From the NCBI GenBank assembly GCA_963422375.2, contig OY729428.2, forward strand, positions 1,472,001 to 1,536,000: DNA of 64,000 nucleotides, given 5' to 3'. This DNA comes from Bryobacterales bacterium. Its GTDB lineage: Bacteria > Acidobacteriota > Terriglobia > Bryobacterales > UBA6623. How positions within the stretch are numbered: the first letter of the stretch is position 1; each line of letters opens with the position of its first letter. Of the stretch, positions 9,654 to 19,749 are shown one piece after another. Below the pieces are notes generated by a model that did not search any database, was not told the origin of the DNA, and was given only the letters and a program-made list of their open reading frames with translations. Both the position numbers and the translations under genes were made by a program.

Positions 9654-12600
9654 CTAGAACCAGAAGTTGATCGCGTACTGGAAGATTCGCGGCCCGCCGC
9701 CTCGTCCGATGTTGCCGACGCGGGTGAAATAGCCGCCGCCGACCCCGTTGAACTGGCGGAATTCGTTCGTTTCCTGGAAATTCGTGCGGTTGAGCAGGTT
9801 GAAGGCCTCGATGCGCACTTGGATGCGCATGCCCTCGCGGAAGCCCGGGCGGAAGTTCTTCGACAGCGCGAGATTCATCGAGAACAGCCCGGGTCCGTCC
9901 AAGATGTTCCGGCCGGAGTTGCCGTGGGCGAATGCACCGTCAGGGCACACTGGCGGGTTGTCGCCTTCGGCCGGCGAGCAGGCCGGCACGCGCTCGAACG
10001 CTTGGGTCTGGAAGAACGGGTAGTCCGAACCGCGCTTCGCGCCTAGGGACGAATCGTCCCTCTGCAATCCGTTGCTCAGGCGGTGCGGGCGCTGCGAGTC
10101 CCCGAGATTGAGCGAGGTGTTCGCCGTGGTGATGGTGATCGGGCTACCAGAATACGATGTCTGCGTCCCCGAGAATTGCCAGCCGCCGAAGATGCCGTTC
10201 CTGGCCCGCCCCCAGTTCGCGCCCCAGCGCCGCTCTCTGCCGAACGGCAGGCGGTAGGAGCCGACCATGGTGAACACGTGGCGCCTGTCCCATGTCGAGC
10301 GCCCGCGCTCGAGCCGCAGGTTCCGGGAGTCGAGCGCGTTGGCGAAGTCCGTCGCGCCGCTGCCGTTGGTTCGCGAGCCATCGTCGATCGACTTCGAGAA
10401 CGAGTAGTTGACGCGCCAGAACACGCCCGCTCTGCTCCGCTTGCGCCACGACACGTTGGCCGCGTTGTAGTTGGAGTTCGAGCCCGTGTTGTAGAAGTTG
10501 ATCGCGTTCCAGCCGGCAATGGGACGCGCGAAGCCGTCTTCTCCCAAGAAGGATTCCAAGTTGCGGACGGGCTGGTTGGCGTCGTACCTGCGGAGCAGGA
10601 ACGTGCCCTTGGAGCCCCGGTAGTCGGCCTCGATGCTGGTCCCGCCCGGCAGTTCCCGCTCGACCGTGAAGTTCCAGGACTGCAGGTAGGCCTGGCTCGG
10701 ATCCTGCGTGATGCCGCTCGCGGAGGTCGTGCCGCCCACCCGGAGGCGGGCGTCGTCCGTCGGGTTCCGCAGCGAGATCAGGTCCGGGTTGTTGTTCACT
10801 CCCGGATAGTTCGTGTTGATCGTGAACGGGAATATGTTCCCTAGGCTGTTCCGGAACGGATTCAGGATCGTGCCCGCGATGTACAGCCCGTAACCCGTGC
10901 GGATGACGGTCCTGTTGCCGAGCCGGTAGGCGATGCCGAGGCGCGGGGTGAAGTTGTTCCAGTCCGTGTTGATGACCGAGCGGGAGAGTCCCAGCTCCGA
11001 GGCCGTGAGAAACTGCCCGGCCAGGTCGTAGCTTGCGGTCAGTTCGTCGAAATTATCGGGCAGGTTCCGGTCGCTCGCCAGCACCACCTTGTTGTGCTCG
11101 AGATTGTAGCTGCCCATCTTGTCGTTGACATCCCACGGCATTCGATTGACTTCCCAGCGCATGCCGACGTTCATCGTCAGGTTCGGCGTGACCTTCCAGT
11201 CGTCGTTGACGAATCCTCCTAACGCGATCTGTCGCCAGTCAGGCGAGTTGACGCCGCGCCGGATGTTGGTGTTGTGAAGCCAGCCTAGGTACAAGTCGGC
11301 GACCGGGCTGTTCGTGCGCCTCCCGCGGAAGCGGTAGTCGCCCCGGGCGTTGTTGACGCCGGGGCGGGCGTACACGACGTAGTTGAGGTTGAAGCCGTAC
11401 TTGATCGTGTGGCTGCCGACGATGTGGTTCATCTTGAAGCTAGCCTGCGTGTCCCCCACGTCCGTGATGACGGGCTGGTTCGCCGCCGTTCCGATCGTGA
11501 CGTGATTGTCGGTGCGTACCCGCGGGAAGTCGTCGATTCCGGGATACTTCTGGCGATCGGATTCGGAAATGAAGTTATGCAGGCCAAGTTCCTCTACGAT
11601 GTTCGTGTCGGCGAACGCGCCTCGCTGGAAAACGTCGTTGCCGCTGAACCCCATCCGGACCTCCAGGATGGTCGTCGGATTGAACATGTGGGTGTAGTCC
11701 GCGCCCAGCAAGTAGCGGTTGTCGTCGATTATGTTGCCGAATTGCGGCAGGTTGCTGGAGCCGCCGAACGGATTCTCGCCGTTGAACGCACGGTACTGCA
11801 TGCGGCCCGCCAGCTTGTTGCCCCCGACCTGCTGGTCAATCTTGACGAGGATGCTGTCGAAGTTGTCGTTGTCGTTGTCGACAACCCGATAGTTCAGGAG
11901 GTCGCGGCGCAGCCCGAGATTCGGGTTCGGATACTCCTGCAGCAGTCGCGCGGCGATCGGGTCGCGCCTGCTGGGCGGGACGATGTCGTTGGGGAAGCAG
12001 GAATTCGTCCGGCCTTGTCGCACTAGGTTGGCGTTGCAGCCTCCCTTGGCGAGGCGGTCGCGGATAAGGAATCTGTTCTGCAGGCCGTCCAGCACGGCTT
12101 GGTCGGTCGTATCGACCGAGTTGTCCACGTTGATCAAGTTGATCGTCCGGCTGAAGTCGCCGGCCTGCTCCATCTCCGTCGGGACTCGGCCTAGGCGCGT
12201 CTGCTCCTGGTTGCGACGCTGCAGCTCGTAGCTCAGCATGAAGAACGTCTTGTTCTTCACGATCGGGCCGTGAGCGGTGGCCGAGAATTGATTCTGGTTC
12301 AGTTTGGTCTTTTCTCCCTCGAAGAACGCTCTGGCGTCCAACACGTCGTTGCGGAGGAAGTAGCTGACCTTGCCGTGCAGGTCGTTCGTCCCCGAGCGCA
12401 GCGACATGTTGAGGATGCCCCCGGCCATGCGCCCGTACTCGGCCGAGTACCCCGACACCTCCATCTTGAATTCCTGCAGCGCGTCGATATTGGGGCGCAC
12501 TTGCGCGGCGCCGCCCTGCACGTTGCGGTTGTCGAAGCCGTCGACGTAGAAGTTGGTGTTGGTCGGGCGGGCCCCGTTGATCGACGCGAACGAGCCCTGC

Positions 12601-13103
12601 GCGCTGCCTCTCGGCACCACGCCCGGCACGAAGAACGCCAGATCGGTGAAGTCGCGCCCGTTCAGCGGCAGTTCCTGAATCTCTTCCTGCACGATCACGT
12701 CACCCTTGATCATGCCGTTTTCCGTGTTGAGCGTCACCATCTGGGCGTCGACGGTGACGGACTCCGTGACTTGCCCGATCTGGAGCATCACGTCGACCCG
12801 CCGGTTGTCGGCTGTCCGGAGGATGATCCCCTGCTCGACGTGCTGCTGGAATCCGTCCGACGTGACGATCAGCTGATAGTCGCCGGGAATCAGGGCCGGG
12901 AACGTGAAGCTCCCGACTTCGTTCGTGGACTGGTCGCGAGAGACCGCGGTGCCCGTGTTGATGACCGTCACGTCGGCCCCGGGAATGACGCCCCCGTCCG
13001 TGTCCGTCACCGTCCCGGTCAGCGTCGCCAGATTCGACTGGCCGAATCCCATCGGAATCAGCAGAGTCGAGAGCGCGCCGACCACCAGTAGCAATCTGTG
13101 CAT
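9654..13103 (-). CDS. TonB-dependent receptor, Oar-type, with carboxypeptidase-regulatory-like N-terminal domain
   Basis: Signal peptide; GTVTDTDGGVIPGADVT, LPLNGRDF, SAEYGR and GNSGRNIL motifs; C-terminal aromatic F; SD AAGGAGG. Confidence 0.95.
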   Translation of the reverse strand: MHRLLLVVGALSTLLIPMGFGQSNLATLTGTVTDTDGGVIPGADVTVINTGTAVSRDQSTNEVGSFTFPALIPGDYQLIVTSDGFQQHVEQGIILRTADNRRVDVMLQIGQVTESVTVDAQMVTLNTENGMIKGDVIVQEEIQELPLNGRDFTDLAFFVPGVVPRGSAQGSFASINGARPTNTNFYVDGFDNRNVQGGAAQVRPNIDALQEFKMEVSGYSAEYGRMAGGILNMSLRSGTNDLHGKVSYFLRNDVLDARAFFEGEKTKLNQNQFSATAHGPIVKNKTFFMLSYELQRRNQEQTRLGRVPTEMEQAGDFSRTINLINVDNSVDTTDQAVLDGLQNRFLIRDRLAKGGCNANLVRQGRTNSCFPNDIVPPSRRDPIAARLLQEYPNPNLGLRRDLLNYRVVDNDNDNFDSILVKIDQQVGGNKLAGRMQYRAFNGENPFGGSSNLPQFGNIIDDNRYLLGADYTHMFNPTTILEVRMGFSGNDVFQRGAFADTNIVEELGLHNFISESDRQKYPGIDDFPRVRTDNHVTIGTAANQPVITDVGDTQASFKMNHIVGSHTIKYGFNLNYVVYARPGVNNARGDYRFRGRRTNSPVADLYLGWLHNTNIRRGVNSPDWRQIALGGFVNDDWKVTPNLTMNVGMRWEVNRMPWDVNDKMGSYNLEHNKVVLASDRNLPDNFDELTASYDLAGQFLTASELGLSRSVINTDWNNFTPRLGIAYRLGNRTVIRTGYGLYIAGTILNPFRNSLGNIFPFTINTNYPGVNNNPDLISLRNPTDDARLRVGGTTSASGITQDPSQAYLQSWNFTVERELPGGTSIEADYRGSKGTFLLRRYDANQPVRNLESFLGEDGFARPIAGWNAINFYNTGSNSNYNAANVSWRKRSRAGVFWRVNYSFSKSIDDGSRTNGSGATDFANALDSRNLRLERGRSTWDRRHVFTMVGSYRLPFGRERRWGANWGRARNGIFGGWQFSGTQTSYSGSPITITTANTSLNLGDSQRPHRLSNGLQRDDSSLGAKRGSDYPFFQTQAFERVPACSPAEGDNPPVCPDGAFAHGNSGRNILDGPGLFSMNLALSKNFRPGFREGMRIQVRIEAFNLLNRTNFQETNEFRQFNGVGGGYFTRVGNIGRGGGPRIFQYAINFWF

Positions 13104-13166
13104 GAATGAATCCTCCTTAATTCAAATCGGGCTCGCACACCTACGCCGAGACCCTACCCCAAATGC

Positions 13167-13195
13167 AGTCTAGCGCGTCCGCAAGCGTTTGTCAT
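13167..13195 (-). promoter_or_regulatory. Sigma70-like promoter (ATGACA-17-TAGACT) overlapped by a LacI-type operator-like site
   Basis: Minus strand reads atgaca N17 tagact; the imperfect palindrome gcaagcgtttgt lies at 13181-13192. Confidence 0.45.
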
Positions 13196-13807
13196 CACGG
13201 AAGCGGCCGGAAGCTTGGGCGAATCCGGAATCGATGGCCTCTGTCGCAGCGCGACGCTCGCGAGCGCCGGCAGCGCCTTCCGCTCGCCACGGCCTCCTGC
13301 AGTTGCGGCGCCCTTGGCGCAATCAGGCAGTGGCCGGTGAGGCGGGATGACGGATGCAACTTCGCAAGCACGCGCGACGGTTGACGGCCGCAGCCACCAT
13401 CGGAATCCCGTCTGAGCGCCCTAGATGCGCGCTTGCCGGCGCGTGTCGCTGCATTGGTGCCGGCTTGACCGGTAAGGCGCTGCCGCATCGCTGCGACAAG
13501 TTGACCGGACGCGGACGAATCGCTGCGGTTCGCCGGGGGATCCGCGAGACTCCACCGGTTTGAGCTGCAGGCTTGCGTCGATAGGATGGCCATGCTCGCT
13601 GCATTCAACGTTACGCAAGAGCGAGGGATTCGACCGCAACTTCGGGTCGAGGAGGATGGCGTCCGGACGCAATGAGACCCGGCCAGTCAGCGTCCCGGGC
13701 GGTGGCCGGCGTTGCGGGAGGCCGACGCCCGTTAGTGCGACTCCGTTGTCCGACAAGCGGGCCCGCTTGCCGTGGACCGCCGCGTTACCCGGCAACGGCG
13801 TCCGGGG

Positions 13808-15007
13808 CTAGACGGACTCCAGGGCCTGCGCGACGTCGGCTGCGATGTCTTCCGCCGCTTCGATGCCTACCGAGAATCGAACCAAGTTGTCGCGGATCCC
13901 CAGTCGCTGCCGCCGCTTCGCGCCCATGCTCCTGTGGGTGGTGGTCGCCGGGTGGCTGACGAGGGAGTGAACGTCGCCTAGACTCAGCGTCCTCACGACC
14001 AGCTGCAGTGCGTTCATGAACCGGAAGGTTCCCTCTTGGCCAGCGTCCCGCACCTCGAAGCTAACCATCCCGCCGCACATCGGGATCCCGTCCGAATCGG
14101 GGTCGAAGAGCCTCGTTGCGACCGCATGGTCCGGGTGGCTCTCCAGGCCGGGATAGCAGACCGCTGCCGCCATGCGGTGACTCTCGAGCGTGCGGGCGAC
14201 GTGCAGCGCGTTGCGGCAATGCTCCTGCATGCGCATCGGGAGCGTCCTCACGCCCCGAGAGGCGAGGAAGCATTGGAACGGGCCGAGGGTGGGGCCGAGG
14301 TGGCGTCCCAGTTCCCGCATGTATTCCGCATGGAGGTCCCGGCACACGGCGATCCCCCCCAGCACGTCGGCATGCCCCGCCATGTACTTCGTCGCGCTGT
14401 GGACAACGATGTCCGCGCCGAGGTCCAGCGGCCGCATCAGGGCGGGGGTCGTGAACGTCGCGTCCACCACGACCGGCACGCCCCGCTGGCGCGCCAGGTC
14501 GCAGATCAGGTCCAGCGGCGGCACCCGGAGCAGCGGATTCGAGACAGTCTCGATCAGGACGCAGCCGGTCTCGTCCCGGTCCAGGGCCCGCTCGTACGCC
14601 TCCGAGTCGCAAGGATCGACGAAGCGGGCCATGACGCCCTGCTGCTCCATCAGCTGCAGCAGCTGGTATGTCTGGCCGAACATGACGTTGGCCGTGAGGA
14701 CCGTTGGCGCTCGGTCGCGCATGGCCGCGAGCAGCCCGACGTGGAGGGCGGCCATGCCCGAGCTGCACGCCAACCCCGTTCCGCCCCCCTCCAGCGCGGC
14801 GACCTGCTTTTCCAGCGCGGCGGCGGCGGGGCCGCCGTAGCGCTGGTAGACGAATCCGGCGAGCTCCCCGTTCGCCACGGCCGCCATGTCCCGGGCGTCG
14901 CGGTAGTGAAAGCTCGCCGCCATCTCCAGCGGCGGGGCGGACGGGGCGAACGGCTGGCCGCCAGCGTCCGGCAGGCAGGCGTGAATAGCCACGGTCTGCT
15001 GCTTCAT
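13808..15007 (-). CDS. PLP-dependent trans-sulfuration enzyme (cystathionine gamma-synthase/methionine gamma-lyase family), paralog 2
   Basis: SSGMAA, ETVSNP, VDATF, HSATKY (PLP Lys), SLGD and RFSVGIE motifs. Confidence 0.92.
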   Translation of the reverse strand: MKQQTVAIHACLPDAGGQPFAPSAPPLEMAASFHYRDARDMAAVANGELAGFVYQRYGGPAAAALEKQVAALEGGGTGLACSSGMAALHVGLLAAMRDRAPTVLTANVMFGQTYQLLQLMEQQGVMARFVDPCDSEAYERALDRDETGCVLIETVSNPLLRVPPLDLICDLARQRGVPVVVDATFTTPALMRPLDLGADIVVHSATKYMAGHADVLGGIAVCRDLHAEYMRELGRHLGPTLGPFQCFLASRGVRTLPMRMQEHCRNALHVARTLESHRMAAAVCYPGLESHPDHAVATRLFDPDSDGIPMCGGMVSFEVRDAGQEGTFRFMNALQLVVRTLSLGDVHSLVSHPATTTHRSMGAKRRQRLGIRDNLVRFSVGIEAAEDIAADVAQALESV

Positions 15008-16182
15008 GCTGCCTCCAAGGCCTGCTCGAGGTCGGCCAGAATGTCTTCGGCGTCCTCGCCTCCGATGGAGAGCCGGACCAGCCCGTCGGTGATGCCCAGG
15101 CCTGCCCGCGCCTCTTCCGACAGCATCCGGTGCGTGGTGCTGGCCGGATGGATCGCCAGGGTCGTGAGGTCTCCGATGCTTGCTGAGGTCGCCACGAGGC
15201 GCAACCGCCCGAGGAAGGCGAACGCGCCTTGCTCGCCGCCCTTGACGTCTACGCCGACGGCGCCGCCCGCCTGCCCCGGCGGCATGATGCGAGTGACCGT
15301 CGCGGAGTCCGGGTGGAGCGGATCGCCCGGATAGAGAATGCGTTCGAGCGCGGGATGATCCTGCAGCCTCTCGAAAACCCGCCGGGCGTTGCTGCAGTGG
15401 TGCCGCATCCGCAGCGGCAGCGTCTTGATGCCTCTCATCGTGAGGAACGACTCGAAAGGGCCGAGGGTGCCTCCCAGGCAGCGGTGCGTGTGCCGGAGCT
15501 CATCGAGGCGCTCCGTCGGCGCGGCGACGATGCCTGACAGCACGTCCCCGTGGCCCCCGAGGTACTTGGTGGCGCTGTGGATGACCATGTCCGCGCCGTG
15601 CTTGAAGGGCTTGATCATCAGGGGAGTGAAGGTGTTGTCGACCAGTAGCAGCGCTCCCGCGGCCGTCGCGATCTCGCTGATCCGGTCAAGGTCGGCCACG
15701 CGCAGGCAAGGGTTCGTGACGGTTTCGGTGATCAGCAGGGCCGGCCGGGCCTCGAGCACGGCCGCCTCCAGCGCGTCCGGGTCGCAGAAGTCGCAGAACT
15801 TCACCGCGACGCCGGAGGCCGGCAGCACGGTCTGCAGCAGCTCCAGGCTGCCTCCGTAGAGCACGTTGGCGGCGACGATCGACTGCCGGCGGTCCAGCAT
15901 TCCCGCCATCAGGGCGAGATGCACGGCTGCCATGCCGGAGGCCGTCGCGAAGGCCCCGTCCGCGCCCTCCAGCATGGCGACCTGCTCTTCCAGCGCACTG
16001 GCGCTGGGATTGCCCATCCGCGCGTACGTCATGCCCGGCCGCTCGTCGGCAAACACGTCGGCCAGCTCCTCCATCGTGTCGTAGAAGAAGCTCGACGAGG
16101 CGTAAATCGGCGTCGAAACAGGCGTGTAGTCAGCGAGTCTCTGGCGGTCGCCGGCGTGGACAAGCGATGTCTGGATTTTCAT
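15004..16182 (-). CDS. PLP-dependent trans-sulfuration enzyme, paralog 1
   Basis: Start MKIQTSLVHAG; YARMGNP, ASGMAA, VDNTF, HSATKYLGGH and RLSIG motifs; ATGA overlap with paralog 2. Confidence 0.92.
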   Translation of the reverse strand: MKIQTSLVHAGDRQRLADYTPVSTPIYASSSFFYDTMEELADVFADERPGMTYARMGNPSASALEEQVAMLEGADGAFATASGMAAVHLALMAGMLDRRQSIVAANVLYGGSLELLQTVLPASGVAVKFCDFCDPDALEAAVLEARPALLITETVTNPCLRVADLDRISEIATAAGALLLVDNTFTPLMIKPFKHGADMVIHSATKYLGGHGDVLSGIVAAPTERLDELRHTHRCLGGTLGPFESFLTMRGIKTLPLRMRHHCSNARRVFERLQDHPALERILYPGDPLHPDSATVTRIMPPGQAGGAVGVDVKGGEQGAFAFLGRLRLVATSASIGDLTTLAIHPASTTHRMLSEEARAGLGITDGLVRLSIGGEDAEDILADLEQALEAA

Positions 16183-16962
16183 GTGGGCCAGGGCCGCAAC
16201 ACTCAGTATACGTTTCGCTTCCCGACCGTTGCGTGGGTGTCTCCCGGCCTCGCTCCGCTCGCGATTAGGGAATCCGTTCGGCGCGGCTCGTGCGAGGGCA
16301 CGCCGGCGGAATTCACTGCTCGACCGGCAACTCGACTCCAGCGGGCGGGATTGCCGAGCGTCGGGCCCGCGGCTCGGGTCGCCTGGCGCGGACCGCCTGC
16401 GACCCCGAGCCTGGCGCTCGTCGATCCCGTGGGCAACCAAGCCGATCCCTGCAAGTGGGTCTCGGGACTTCCTCGCGTGTCAAGCCTCGGGCGGACCGCC
16501 GGGCAGCATCTTCGAACAAGCTCGCCGCAGACACGTCTCTCTCGTTGGAAGTGACGCTCCGGCGCCGGGTCTGCCCGGCTCGCGGGACAGCGCGACGGGA
16601 TTCGCCGGCGTATCGGTGACCGGCCAACGCCTCCGCCTCCCCTGAAACGGACTCCTTGGGACGGTCTTCGATGAGTTCCGCGGAAGCGGCTTCCCTCCGG
16701 GGATGGCCATCGTGGGGAGCGGTTCGCGCGGGCTCCTCCTACCGCTATGGCGCACTGCGGAGCCGAATGCCAGCCGGGCTCATTCATGCCGCAACGCCGG
16801 GCCGCTTGCTTGATGCTCGCGGGACGAGGTGCCGGGCCGCAGGCGTCCCTGGCGAGGCGAGGGGATTGCACGGCAAGTCCGCTTCGGTTACGGGGCGGAC
16901 TCGCTCCCGCAGGGCGAGCGGCCTCTGGTGTACGGCGAAAGTCGGCAGGCGGCTGGTTCGGC

Positions 16963-17751
16963 CTATCGCCTTTGCTCGCGGACCGACGGCGCCGATCCGC
17001 CGCGCGTGCCGGGGAGGCTCGATGGCAATTGCCTGCCGACGGCCCTGCCGTTCACAGTGCCGGTTTCATCCGGTGCACGGTCCGCTCTCGCGGCCCGGCC
17101 GGTCGAGTCACTCAGGAACCTCCGGACGACCTTGGCCACGTAGGCGACGGTCTCGTCGTACGGCGGGATCCCGCCGTGCTCGTCCACCCTCGCGGGACCG
17201 GCGTTGTAGGCGGCCAGCGCCCTCGTCAGCTGGTCGCGTCTGCCTTCGAAACGGTCCAGCAGCTGCCCCAGGTAGCGACTGCCGCCTCGCAGGTTGTCGG
17301 TCGGGTCGGACGGGTCCACTCCAAGCTCGGCTGCCGTTCCAGGCATCAGTTGCATCAGGCCGAGCGCGCCCTTCGGAGACACGGCATCTGGGCGGAAGCC
17401 CGATTCGGCCCAGACGACGGCGCGAAGCAGGTCGCGCGGCAGCCCGGCTTCGTCTGCGATCCCGGCAATGCGAGCGTCCAGCGAATCCGCTTGGCGCGGC
17501 TCGGGCTGCGGTTGGGAATCCCGGGCCGCGCCAGTCCGCCCGGTGTCTTCCTGCTCCACGCGCAGAACTTCCTCGACAGGAACCGCGATCCAGCCCCCGT
17601 TCGCGAGCAGCAGCTTGGCGTGCTCCGGACCCGGCACGAGGCGCTCGCCTTCCAAGCGGAAGCCGTTCCGCAGCACGACGGTCTCCGCTGCCGAGGCCGC
17701 CGCCGCCGCCAGCAGGCAAGCCGCTAGACGCTTCCGCCCGCCCTGGTGCAT
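16963..17751 (-). CDS. Lytic transglycosylase (SLT domain), secreted
   Basis: AES (catalytic Glu), [18 protein letters not shown] and [11 protein letters not shown] motifs; signal peptide. Confidence 0.9.
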   Translation of the reverse strand: MHQGGRKRLAACLLAAAAASAAETVVLRNGFRLEGERLVPGPEHAKLLLANGGWIAVPVEEVLRVEQEDTGRTGAARDSQPQPEPRQADSLDARIAGIADEAGLPRDLLRAVVWAESGFRPDAVSPKGALGLMQLMPGTAAELGVDPSDPTDNLRGGSRYLGQLLDRFEGRRDQLTRALAAYNAGPARVDEHGGIPPYDETVAYVAKVVRRFLSDSTGRAARADRAPDETGTVNGRAVGRQLPSSLPGTRGGSAPSVREQRR

Positions 17752-17761
17752 ACTGGCTTCA

Positions 17762-18994
17762 TTGCATCACACGACGTTCGTTTCTCACTTGGCGTGCAGT
17801 CGCACCAACGAGCGGCTACCTGCCGGCCAGCTGCATGGACTCTCGCCGCAAGGCGCCCCGTTGCTGGTCCGCTACGACCTCGCGCGCGCCGGGCGCGATC
17901 TGGACCGCGACACCGTCGAGCGCGGCCCCGATTCGCTGTGGCGCTACGCTCCGCTGCTGCCCCTGCGTGATCTCGCCAACACGGTCACGCTGGGCGAGGG
18001 CATGACGCCGCTCCTACCCGCTCCCCGGCTCGGGGCCCGCATCGGCTGCCGGCGCCTGCTGGTGAAGGATGAGAGCGCGAACCCGACCGGAACATTCAAG
18101 GCGCGGGGCATGGCCGCAGCCGTGTCCATGGCCAGCGAGCTCGGCGTCAAGAAGCTGGCCGCTCCGTCTGCCGGGAACGCCGCCAGCGCCCTGGCCGCCT
18201 ATTCCGCCCGGGCGGGCATGGAGGCGAATCTATTCATGCCCCGCGACGTGCCCTTCGCCAATGTGGTCGAGTGCCGCGCAATGGGCGCCCGCGTCACGCT
18301 GGTCGACGGACTGATCAGCGACTGCGGGCGCATCGTCGCCGAACGGGCCGAGGACGAGGGATGGTTTGACGTTGCCACCCTCAAGGAGCCCTACCGCATC
18401 GAAGGCAAGAAGACCATGGGCTTCGAACTCGCCGAGCAGCTCGGCTGGCGGCTGCCCGACGCCGTCCTGTACCCGACCGGCGGCGGCGTCGGCCTGATCG
18501 GCATGTGGAAGGCCTTCGCCGAGCTGGAGGAACTCGGCTGGGTCGGATCCCGGCGGCCCAAGATGATCGCCGTCCAGGCCGCCGGCTGCGCTCCCATCGT
18601 GCGTGCCTGGGAAGCGGGCGAGCGCCAGTCCGAGTATTGGCGGAACGCCTCGACGGTCGCGAGCGGCCTGCGCGTGCCGAAGGCTAGGGGGGATTTCCTG
18701 GTGCTTGACGCTCTCCGCGAGAGTGACGGAACCGCCGTCGCCATCGGCGATCAGGAAATTCTCGATGCCGGGCTGCTGCTTGCCGAGTCCGAGGGAATGT
18801 TCACCGCGCCGGAGGGCGCGGCCTGCGTCGCGGCTGCCCGCCGGCTGGTGCAGAGCCGCTTCCTCGACCGGGACGAGGAGATCGTGATCTTCAAGACGGG
18901 CACCGGCCTGAAGTATCTCGATGCGTGGGAGACGCGCTTCGAGCCCGAACCTTCCGCCATGGACCGCTTGGGCGGCTTGGTCGTGCCCCGGTGA
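17762..18994 (+). CDS. thrC: Threonine synthase (PLP fold type II)
   Basis: [42 protein letters not shown] and TGTGLKY motifs; TTG start approximate. Confidence 0.9.
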   Translation: MHHTTFVSHLACSRTNERLPAGQLHGLSPQGAPLLVRYDLARAGRDLDRDTVERGPDSLWRYAPLLPLRDLANTVTLGEGMTPLLPAPRLGARIGCRRLLVKDESANPTGTFKARGMAAAVSMASELGVKKLAAPSAGNAASALAAYSARAGMEANLFMPRDVPFANVVECRAMGARVTLVDGLISDCGRIVAERAEDEGWFDVATLKEPYRIEGKKTMGFELAEQLGWRLPDAVLYPTGGGVGLIGMWKAFAELEELGWVGSRRPKMIAVQAAGCAPIVRAWEAGERQSEYWRNASTVASGLRVPKARGDFLVLDALRESDGTAVAIGDQEILDAGLLLAESEGMFTAPEGAACVAAARRLVQSRFLDRDEEIVIFKTGTGLKYLDAWETRFEPEPSAMDRLGGLVVPR

Positions 18995-19020
18995 GAGCGG
19001 CTGCGAGAATCGGGAATGCC

Positions 19021-19749
19021 ATGCGCGTTCGAGTGCTGTTCTTCGGCCAGCTGAGAGAGTTCGTCGGGCGGTCGTGCGACGAGATCGACTTGGATGGCGG
19101 CGCGTCGCTCGGAACGCTATTCCAAAGCTACGCGGCCCGCTTCCCGAAGCTCGCGGGCATGGCCGGCAGCGTCGCGATGGCGCGCAACCAGCGCTTCGCT
19201 CCTCCGGGCGAGGCGCTGGAGGACGGTGACGAGGTGGCGATCATGCCGCCCGTGAGCGGCGGGCGCGGCTGGCTCGCCAGCGCCGAGGCTGGCGGGGTCT
19301 TCGCGGCCGTGACGGAGGAAGAGATCGCAACCAAGGCCTTGGCGGAGCGCATCCAAGGCGACGGCGACGGCGCCGTGATCGTCTTCGAGGGAGTTGTCCG
19401 CAACAACACCGGGGGGCGTCGTACCCTGTTCCTGGACTACGAGTGCTTCGTGCCGCTCGCCCTGCGGCAGCTAGGGGAAATCGGCAGGGGTATTCTTAAA
19501 CGGCATCGCGTCCACGCGATCGCTCTGGTGCATCGCATCGGCCGCTTGCAGGTCCGCGAGGCGAGCGTCGCGATCGTGGTGGCTTCGGCGCACCGCCGGG
19601 CTGCGTTCGAGGCGAGCCGCGACGCGATTGACGAGGTCAAGTGCAAGGTGCCCGTCTGGAAAAAGGAGCACTTCGCCGACGGCGAAGTCTGGGTGGAAGG
19701 CCAGTGGGACGAGTCAGTGCCGCGCGCGGCTTCGCCGGCAGCAGCCTAG
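19021..19749 (+). CDS. moaE: Fused molybdopterin synthase MoaD (sulfur carrier)-MoaE (catalytic subunit)
   Basis: MRVRVLFFG...EVAIMPPVSGG (MoaD) continues in frame into FEGVVRN, HRIG, HRRAAF and KVPVWKKE (MoaE). Confidence 0.92.
   Translation: MRVRVLFFGQLREFVGRSCDEIDLDGGASLGTLFQSYAARFPKLAGMAGSVAMARNQRFAPPGEALEDGDEVAIMPPVSGGRGWLASAEAGGVFAAVTEEEIATKALAERIQGDGDGAVIVFEGVVRNNTGGRRTLFLDYECFVPLALRQLGEIGRGILKRHRVHAIALVHRIGRLQVREASVAIVVASAHRRAAFEASRDAIDEVKCKVPVWKKEHFADGEVWVEGQWDESVPRAASPAAA

Noticed and set aside
13200..13800. Possible cobalamin riboswitch upstream of the TonB receptor
   Set aside because: An isolated gccactg only; no B12 box or other conserved elements.
16183..16720. Possible SAM riboswitch upstream of the trans-sulfuration genes
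   Set aside because: Only weak fragmentary similarity; no P1 pairing or conserved core could be built.
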